Virus record (IMG/VR): IMGVR_UViG_3300006919_000003
DNA: 20,000 bases
Strand: one strand, 5' to 3'
Origin: an uncultured virus (IMG/VR IMGVR_UViG_3300006919_000003)
Taxonomy: Duplodnaviria; Heunggongvirae; Uroviricota; Caudoviricetes; Schitoviridae
Part shown: piece by piece, positions 1 to 8,600 of the stretch
How the letters are laid out: each line of letters begins with the position of its first letter
Numbering within the stretch: the stretch's first letter is position 1
Position numbers and translations under genes: made by a program
Notes under the pieces: generated by a model
Databases searched by the model: none
Seen by the model: only the letters and a program-made list of their open reading frames with translations
Told to the model about the DNA's origin: nothing

Positions 1-18
1 TAATAGAGGATTTTATAG

Positions 19-408
19 ATGTTTACGAACCTACCCATTCCTACACCTCGTCCTTATGATGGACTAGCAGGTTTAAATCTGGACTTTCAAGGTACTCAAA
101 CGGGTACTAATAACATGCAACCATTCTCATTGAATGCTGCAAACCCTGCTGGTGCTGGTATTGACCTTAAAGGTCTCAGCACACTCTTTTCGGGTATTTC
201 AGCTCTTGGTTCCTTGTATGGTTCTTTCCAGCAAAACAAACTTGCAAAAGAAAGCTTGAATTTCCAAAAAGACGCTTTCAATAAAAATTATACAAACCAG
301 GTGAAAACCTACAACAACTCTCTTGCTGATCGTATTAATGCTCGTGCTCATACTGAAGGCCGTGCTGATGGTTATGCAAGTGATTTGATTGAAGAGCGTA
401 AGCTGTAA
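19..408 (+). CDS. Small virion ejection protein, N4 gp52-like (putative outer-membrane channel component)
   Basis: 129 aa with SD GAGGA at 6-10. An amphipathic/hydrophobic segment (GLSTLFSGISALGSLYGSF) is followed by a helical QNKLAKESLNFQKDAFNKNYTNQVKTYNNSLADR segment. It is first of the three genes ending in vRNAP, the gp52-gp51-gp50 order of Schitoviridae. No Cys. Confidence 0.8.
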   Translation: MFTNLPIPTPRPYDGLAGLNLDFQGTQTGTNNMQPFSLNAANPAGAGIDLKGLSTLFSGISALGSLYGSFQQNKLAKESLNFQKDAFNKNYTNQVKTYNNSLADRINARAHTEGRADGYASDLIEERKL

Positions 409-419
409 GGAACAATTTA

Positions 420-2612
420 ATGGCTCAACTTCGTTATCAAAGTGTAGCTGCTCCCAATCTATCTGGTATTTCTCAGATTTTGGCAAACAGCTCTTCTGGC
501 TTCAGTGCTGGTTTCGACAAACTCAGTAATTTGCTGAATGAACGTGCTAATGATCGTGCAACAGCACAGAGTAATGCTATCATCCCTGAACTTGCTCAAG
601 TAGGTTCAGAGGCTGAAGTGAACCAGTTCCTTCAAGGACTTGGTGGGAAGATTGATCCTCGTAACATGTCTCCTGAATTGCTATCAGCAATCACTAATTT
701 ACGTAAAAATGCTCAAGGGTTTGACCAAGGTCGTTTAGACCAGTCAAAAACGAGAGCTGATATTCGTGGTGTAGATGCTCGAACAAGAGGTACTCAGGCT
801 CAAACACAGATTGCATTGAATGCTGATGGTCGTACACAAACACAGTTTGATCGTGGTATTGCTCGTGAAGATGCACTAGCAGGTCATACTAATCACTTCG
901 CTAATGCTCGTATTGGTGCTTATCGAGGTCAAAATGATCTTGGTGGACTTGCTCCTAGCACTCTTATTCAAACAGAGAGTGGTGGTAACTTTGCAGCATC
1001 AAATGATGCTACTGGTTCCAGTGGTCGTAAGGGTCACTTTGGTCGTGTTCAATTTGGTAAAGATCGTCTTGATGATGCTAAACGTGCTGGTGCTATCCCA
1101 AAAGATATGACACCAGAGCAATTTCTCAAAGATCCAGATGCTCAAGTAAATGCTGAAAAATGGCACTTTGGCGATATCCAACAAAATATCGATAAAGCTG
1201 GTCTTACTAAGTACATTGGTCAGAATGTGAATGGTACACCTATCACTCGTGATGGTATTGTTGCTATGGCTCATCTCGGTGGTTTTGCGGGTGCTAAGAA
1301 GTTCTTGGAATCTGGTGGTAAATATAACCCTGCTGACTCTAACGGTACAACTCTATCTGCTTATGCAAAGACACATGCTGGTAATACATCAGGTAATGTA
1401 CCTTATGATTACTCATCTGGTGGTGTATTACGTCCACAAGACATCAATCCACTTATTGATGAAACATATAAAGCTTTTGGTATTGGTCAGGATCGTCGTA
1501 ACACTGATGCAGTTAATGCTGATGCTAATCGTGCTCGTGATACTGCATTTAATAATGCTCAAACTGCTAGTAATACAGCTTCTGCTGGTCTAGCTGCTGC
1601 TATTGAGCGTGCTAATACAAGCTTGAACCCAACTGAAGCAGTACAAAGTATTGCATCGGATCCAAACCTAACACCTGAAGAAAAGCAAGCTGCTCTTGGT
1701 TCATTGGGTAATCTTCCAGTGGATACAATCCAAGCTCCACGTCCAGGTTCTCAACCTGCTTCATTCCCTGAGACGGGCCAAGCTAATGTAATCATTGATA
1801 GTTTTGTTAAAGAGCAACAAGCTGCATTGGCAAATAATGACAATATTCGTATCAACAAGAACGCTGCTGAAGCTTATTCTGATGGTTCACCTGCTAACAA
1901 GCTCCTAGAGCGTATCCCAGGTCTTAATGCGAATAACGCTACAGTATTGACTGCTATCAATAAGGTTCGTGAAGCACTTCCAGCAGGTGCAAGCCCTGCA
2001 TTGGCTGCCTCACTGATCGAAGAAACAGTACGTCAAGGTCGTTCATTTATCCCATTTGATGGTGAAGACAGTTCTACTGTTGAGATCGATACAGATGCTG
2101 CTATTGCTAAGGGTCGTCAAATCCTATCACCTGAAGGTGTTCGTGGTGCTGCTGAGATCACAGCTCAAGCTGAGAACAATAAAGCTGGTTTGGATCAAAT
2201 CCAACAAGCTATTAGCGGTCTGCAAACTCAAATTACTCGTGAAGAGCAATTGGGTCGTGATAGTTCTGCTTCTCGTGAACTCCTTAAGAACTACAATGAT
2301 CGCCTACTTACATTCCAACGTGACAATCCTGTTGTTGGTCAAACAAATCGTGCTGTTGAACAGACTGCTGCTCCTCAAGGACAACAAGTACCAGTCTCTC
2401 AGAACCCCGCAGAGCGGGAAGCAGCAGTGACTTATCTACGTAGTCAACCAGAATTGGTTCAGCAGTTGCAGAACTGGGGTAGTTACAATGAAGCTCAAAA
2501 GGCTGCTATTATCCAACAAGCTACACAACATGTGCTTAGTGAACGTTTGATGACTACCAACCAAAAACGTGCTGTAATTGGTGAATTAAATGCACTGAGG
2601 GCTGGTAATTAA
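420..2612 (+). CDS. Virion ejection protein, N4 gp51-like, with internal lysozyme/lytic-transglycosylase-like domain
   Basis: 730 aa, A/Q/N-rich, directly upstream of vRNAP, SD AAGGA. Residues ~178-322 show lysozyme-superfamily motifs: LIQTESGGN (catalytic-Glu-like ES, E186 at 975-977), FGRVQF and AMAHLGG. Confidence 0.8.
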   Translation: MAQLRYQSVAAPNLSGISQILANSSSGFSAGFDKLSNLLNERANDRATAQSNAIIPELAQVGSEAEVNQFLQGLGGKIDPRNMSPELLSAITNLRKNAQGFDQGRLDQSKTRADIRGVDARTRGTQAQTQIALNADGRTQTQFDRGIAREDALAGHTNHFANARIGAYRGQNDLGGLAPSTLIQTESGGNFAASNDATGSSGRKGHFGRVQFGKDRLDDAKRAGAIPKDMTPEQFLKDPDAQVNAEKWHFGDIQQNIDKAGLTKYIGQNVNGTPITRDGIVAMAHLGGFAGAKKFLESGGKYNPADSNGTTLSAYAKTHAGNTSGNVPYDYSSGGVLRPQDINPLIDETYKAFGIGQDRRNTDAVNADANRARDTAFNNAQTASNTASAGLAAAIERANTSLNPTEAVQSIASDPNLTPEEKQAALGSLGNLPVDTIQAPRPGSQPASFPETGQANVIIDSFVKEQQAALANNDNIRINKNAAEAYSDGSPANKLLERIPGLNANNATVLTAINKVREALPAGASPALAASLIEETVRQGRSFIPFDGEDSSTVEIDTDAAIAKGRQILSPEGVRGAAEITAQAENNKAGLDQIQQAISGLQTQITREEQLGRDSSASRELLKNYNDRLLTFQRDNPVVGQTNRAVEQTAAPQGQQVPVSQNPAEREAAVTYLRSQPELVQQLQNWGSYNEAQKAAIIQQATQHVLSERLMTTNQKRAVIGELNALRAGN

Positions 2613-2620
2613 TAAAAAAC

Positions 2621-2673
2621 CATAGTATGTGTTCCTGACAGACTACAAAAATTAAATCAGGAACACAGCTATG
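2621..2673 (+). promoter_or_regulatory. RNA hairpin sequestering the SD and start codon of vRNAP
   Basis: Perfect 11-bp inverted repeat TGTGTTCCTGA (2628-2638) / TCAGGAACACA (2657-2667). It extends through a 1-nt bulge by CATAGT (2621-2626) / GCTATG (2668-2673). The 3' arm holds AGGA and the ATG. Confidence 0.75.
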
Positions 2674-5600
2674 ACAGACGCTATAGATAACATTTTAAAC
2701 GGCTTTAGCGATCCATCACCCAGTGTTTCAGATAGTCTAAAAAGTTTTGGACAGCCTACAACTCCTGCACCTATTCCAGAAAAAACAGAGCAACAAAAAG
2801 CTCTTGAAGCATTGAGCAACCCTCAAGCAATTGAAGCTTTGGGTGCATCTGAAGTTAACAATGGTGTTCTTGCTGACCAGAAGTTCGCAAAAGATCTTAA
2901 AGATATGGACTATGGTACCCTTCTTCGTACATATGGTGAAGACGTAGCAAAGAACCGTTGGAAATACCTTACTGGTAAACAAAAGGTAACAGATCCTCTT
3001 ACAAACAATCGTACAACTGGTGAGATTGCAAAAGATACAGCTCTTGCTGTTGGTGGTGGTGCTATCGGTACTATAAACAACATAGAAAGCTCATTGCTGT
3101 CTGTATGGGATGGTTACGCTAATGCAGTGAACAGTGTTCCCCGCAAATTGAATGATCTTGGCCTACTTCCTGATTTTCTACGTCCTGGATACTCAACTTT
3201 GGGTGTTACTCGTGCTCAACAAGCTGAACGAGGACAGGAATATATTCAATCATTAAAATCAGATCCGTTGAAAGAACGATTAGAAGCTACGAATAAGATC
3301 CGTGCTGATCAAGAGATCAACTCAGAAGCCGCAAGAGAAGCAGACGTTAACTCTGGTACATCTCCATTGGTTGCTGACCTGAAGAAACTAGGAAGAGACT
3401 TCATTGAAGAAGGTGGAAACCTTCTGAATGATCCTGCTGTATCTGGTGATATCGTTGCTACAGGTGTTGGCTCACTTCTAACATCTGCTGGTGTTGTAGG
3501 TAAAATTGCAAAAGCAGGTGGTGGTACAAAACTAGCTACTGCAACTGGTGTTGGTGCTGTTGAAAGTTCTGGTACATTCACTCAGGCTGCCAATGATGTA
3601 TTGGGTATGTCTGAAAGTGAGCTATTGTCAGGTTCTGATCGTTATATCGAGCTAAGAGCTACTCTTAATCATGAAGAAGCACGTAAGGTTGTTGCACAGG
3701 AAGTTGCTAATAATGCTGCTATTAATCAGTTACCTATCGCTACTGCTACAGGTCTGATTGCAGGTAAGTTCGAAGCTGCTCCTCTTTCTGCTGGTTCCGT
3801 GAAAGAAGCTGTTCGTAACGTTGGTTCTCAGGTAGTTGAAGAAGCTGTTCAATCAGGTACAAGCGAATTCTCTACAAACAAAGCTGTGAGAGACATTGCA
3901 GATAGTTCTCGTGAACTTACTGAAGGTGTAGGTGTATCTGCTGCTCAGGGTGCTGTTGGTGGTCTGGGAGCTGCTACTGCTGCTCAAGGCCCAGCCGTTG
4001 TATCAAAATCATCTGATGCTGTTCTAAAGCCTGCAATTCAGAAATCTGTTGATGTCGGTACGGCTATCATTGAAGCACGTAATCAACGTATTCAAGATGG
4101 ATTGGATGCAGAATCACCTGTTGGAACCAATGCTACTGAGGCTGCTCGTGAGACAGTCAAAGAGACTGCTACAGTTAATCCAGAGCTTGCTCAGGTAATC
4201 AACTTTGGTGAAGGTGAGATTGAAGCTCTTCCAGAGACAATCAAAGGTATGTTTGGTAATACTGAAGGTACAACCAAGATCGATACACTTGTTGATATTG
4301 TGAACAATGTCGGTAAAGACGAGTTTACACCAGAACAAGAGAAAGATCTTGTCTTATATGCTTTCAGTGAGATTGGTAAACTACAAGAGTTTGCTTTAAG
4401 TGAACGTACTGATGACCAAGCTTTAAACAATGCTAAGGATGCAATCTTGGATATGGCTTCCAATAAAGCATTCGTAGAAGCAGTACAGAAGGCTATTGCA
4501 GTTGATGAGAACATTGAGAACTCACCAGAGGTTACTGAAGTAACTCAAGCTGATGTTGATACAACTGTTCGTATTGCAGAGGCTAACCCTTCAGGTGTTG
4601 ACCCTAAGAAGATTGATGCAATCCTTGATCAACATGCTCGTGGTAAGATCATTATCCCAGAGATTCTGGTAAAGAAGATCAAAGCTGCAAGCAAGATTGC
4701 TAAAGAGCTTCGTAAGACAGAGGCTTTAAAGGCTTCTATCGAACAAGAACGTGTAGATACGATTAATGCTCAGGGTTCTGGCCCGAAAGTAGAAGTCAGA
4801 AAGACCCGTGATATCGTTCGACGTGAGATCAATTTTGAAGGTAAACGAGTAAAAATCAAAGGCCAGGGAGAGAAAATTCTTCCGTCTCTCAATGACTTTT
4901 ATTCGAATATCCTTGGTTCTATCAGTTCGAAGAATGGTACTGCAATTGACCGTAATGGGCAGTTGGTAGATGCTCAGAGTTCATTTGAACAACTGGGTAA
5001 TTTCGCTCAACACATGGTGAATAAGGTAGAAGCGATTAATACATCTGCTAAGGGTGGTAAAGGTGAGAAGGTCTCTTTCCGTACCCTAACACCATTTGGT
5101 TTTGTTGAAGCTGGTGAAAAAGGTTCAAGTCAGATCTTTGCTAATGCAAAGTCTCCAAACTCCATTTCCACAGCTAAGGAAGCACTTGTAGATGCGAATT
5201 CAGCGATTGATTTATATAATAATCTTCTGGATCTATACCCTGAAGAATTGTCAGGTGAGAAGCTTACTAAGCCTTCACTGTATCAATCATTAAATAGTGG
5301 TTTGTCGGTTGTTGATACTGCCGACGAGACGAGTGCGGTCTCGACCGAGGCTTTCGACGACGCCCCGTCGTCGGAAACGACCGAGAGGCCAACCGAGGAG
5401 GCAGCTCAAGAGAGTAGCTCAGAAACTACTGAAGAAATTACCAACGAAGAAGAAAGCACGGAGGTCATTGATAATGAGACCAACACTACCGAGCCACAGA
5501 GCACAGAAAGTTCGGAGCCGTCAACGGAGACTGAACAAACATCTGAAGAGCAAGCAGAACCTGTTGAAGAAGTTGTGGAAGAACCACAAACCGAAGGGAC

Positions 5601-8600
5601 AGAAGCGGAGACTTCAGGAGAAGGTGAAAACATTGGAGAACCTTCAGAAAGTGTACTAGAGGCTCGTTCATTCGATAATCTCATTTCTGATAACTTTAGT
5701 AAGGCTTTCTCAGTTAAAACTGAGAAGGCAATACTTCCGTATGACCAATTGAAAGAAGCTTTCACATCACAAGAGAGCTTACAAGAAGCGTCTAAAGCAG
5801 ACCTACCATATCTCATGAATGATGATGCTCGTAAAGCATTTGCAGGTATGTTGGAGAAGGCTGTACCAACCCTTATTAAACGCTTAAATGGTCGCTTAGA
5901 TACTGCTAAGGTCAACAAAAGCCAGACAGTGCGTCAAGCACTGGCGGCTGGTAAAGACCTTGTAAACTTCCGTGATACAAGAGCAACCAACCTTATTGAT
6001 ACAGAGACTGGTAATTATGACCAGAACCTCATTGAACAAGCTTCATTGGCTGCTGTTCATTGGATTATGACATCTGCAAAAGGACGTTCATTGAATGTTG
6101 AAGAAGTTGCTGATGCTTTCGGTGTATCACTAGATAACGTAACAAACGAAATGCAGGACGCATTAAACTTTGGTATGAGTGCTACATCTGCAAAAGAAGC
6201 ACTATCAAACATTATCCAGAGTTTCTGGGGAAGTGAAACAAACCCTGATGCTTCACTTTCAGTGACACGAGGTATTCCTGAAGCTATTGCTGCTGAACTT
6301 ATTACTGTCATGGACGGTATTATGTTGAACACTAAACGCTTTAAGGTGACCAAAAATGTTAATGGTAAATTAGAGGAAGTTGATTACGTTGCTATCTCTA
6401 CAGAGTCAGAGAACTCAGTAAACTTTGTTAAAGAGATGGGGCCAGCTAAAACAATCCTTGGTGATATGTTGCTTGGTCAAGACCCTGAACTACCATCATT
6501 TGGTGTACCACACACTAAAGTCGCTAAGACACAAAAGAGAAACCCTCTATCTAAGCTTACAGATAAAGAACAACGTGTAATCAAGTCTGCACAGAAGATT
6601 AAATTCTTCCGTAACCCTGCGTTCATTACATTCATGAATGCGATGGGTGAAGACAATTACACCAAGCTTCTTGGTTCCACAGATGTGAGTGAAACATCTA
6701 CCAACAAGGTTCATGCGAAATCCATTGAAGGTGTCAACATGAGCAATGCTTCTGGTTTCCGTCAGACATTGGAACAAGATAATGCTCTACAAGCGTATGC
6801 TGAAGCCACAGAGACTGCTGCTAACGATGTACCAGTTCACTACAATTGGTATGTCACTAAGGTTGGTCGTCTACATATGAGCGGATTTGGCCCACAGGCT
6901 GATAAAACAGCTCGTGAAGCTTACTCACCTACTGTATCAACACTGGATCTTACAAAGCTCCAAGACAATGACTTCTTCTGGATGACTGTTGCTCAATCTT
7001 CTGATCTCGTTAAGACTGAAAAAGTCACTCGTGTTGAAGCTGTAAAGCAAGCAAAAGAAATCTATCAAAAGTACCCTAAAACACTCGATATCCTTCGTGG
7101 ATGGTTGCGTGTTGAAGATGGTGCTTTAAATGAGCAAGAAATTTCTACGATTACGGACGAATTAGGGGCTGTGACAGCGAAACAGATCCATGCCCTTCTA
7201 TCAGTCGCTCAATACGATAACGCTTATTCTGAAGGCTCTCAGAGCGAATTTAAGCATATGCTATCACTTGAGGCTGATGGTAAGACTGATGGCCCAATCA
7301 ACGCTATGATGAACTTCATCTCAGGTCGTTTTACAAATGACCAATTGAGTATGCTCGCTAAAGGTGGTTTCTTCTTGAACCAAGAAGGGCGAACATTGAA
7401 TGACCACTATCAAACTGACCCTGCTGATTTGTATCAAGTGGGTGCTTCTCGATTTACAGAACTCCTGGGAACGCTCAATCAAGACCTGGTTGAGAATTAT
7501 CCAGAGAGTGCAAAATATATGTCAGCATTGCTGAATTTCTCTAACCATTTTGGTGAAATTGAATTCGTGGATGGTGACCTTGTAATTGGTCGTAATACTC
7601 TAAAGAACCCACTAACCGTTACAGTGTACGGTTCAGGTGCTAATGGTATTGCTCAGAAAGTTTCGTCTGCTCTTATGACTTCATTCTATGAAGAGCTTAC
7701 AAAAAAGAATACAGGTCAACCTTCAAAGTTGGATGATTACCCGACTATTTCTGAAGACATGAAGACCTTGTTCGGTAACAAGACTTTCCAAAACCCTAAG
7801 ACATTAGAGTGGGCTACAATCAATAGTAACGATGCTATTGCTTCGTCAAAAGACCTTACAAACTTTGAGTTCTCTCTTAAAAATAAAGAGAACTTTAACA
7901 CCAATGTTAAGAGTTTGTTCGTCACTCCTATGTATCAAGCCATCAATGAAATGATGGGTGAGACTACGGATACTACAACACAATTCCAGACTGCTACACA
8001 GATACAGTCTATTGTTTTGATTGATAAATTCCAAAGAGCACTAGACCAGAAGTTGGAAGAAAAAAGAGAAGCGGGAGAAATCGGAAAGGGAGAATTCCTT
8101 TCACAGAATGATTACAACCAAATCTTTAAAGAGATCGAGAAGTATGGTGCTATCGTTGAAAACGATGAGCAAGTGCTGAACTTTGCAACCTCTGAAAAGA
8201 GCGAGTCACGTTATGAATTCTCTCGCTCATTAGATGGTAAACTAGGTGGACAATCCACCCTTCCAGCACCCAGCGAAGCTGGTGTGCGTGCTGCACCTTA
8301 TATCACTATCAACCGTGGTGATGCTCAGATGGTAAACAACATCTATGATGCTAAAGATGCACCGCTACGCTCTCTACCCGTCTTCGACGGGATCGAGCTT
8401 GCGGCTGATGATATCGATACAGCTTCAGAAATGATTAACCGCTCAGTCACAGAAGCATGGATGCAGAACCCTGCAAAGGATGTGTCTGATAGCTTTAATG
8501 CTTTCTTGCGTGCTGAACCACTTGAAGGATTGAGCCAAGAAGCTGAAACATCTCTGCGTGAGATGCTTGGAATGAATTCTGAAGATAACATTGAAGAAGT

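Noticed and set aside
904..2430. Alternative-frame + strand ORFs rich in L/V/M (904-1110, 1231-1593, 2056-2430)
   Set aside because: Shadow ORFs caused by T-ending codon bias in the real gene; no RBS support.
5602..5615. GAAGCGGAGACTTC, resembling the N4 P2 hairpin as I recall it (GAAGC-GGA-GCTTC)
   Set aside because: An extra A breaks the stem next to the loop, and E-A-E-T-S codons explain the sequence.
5297..5918. Overlapping ORFs 5297-5659 (+) and 5406-5918 (-)
   Set aside because: Off-frame and antisense readings of the low-complexity acidic linker, which is stop-poor in those frames.
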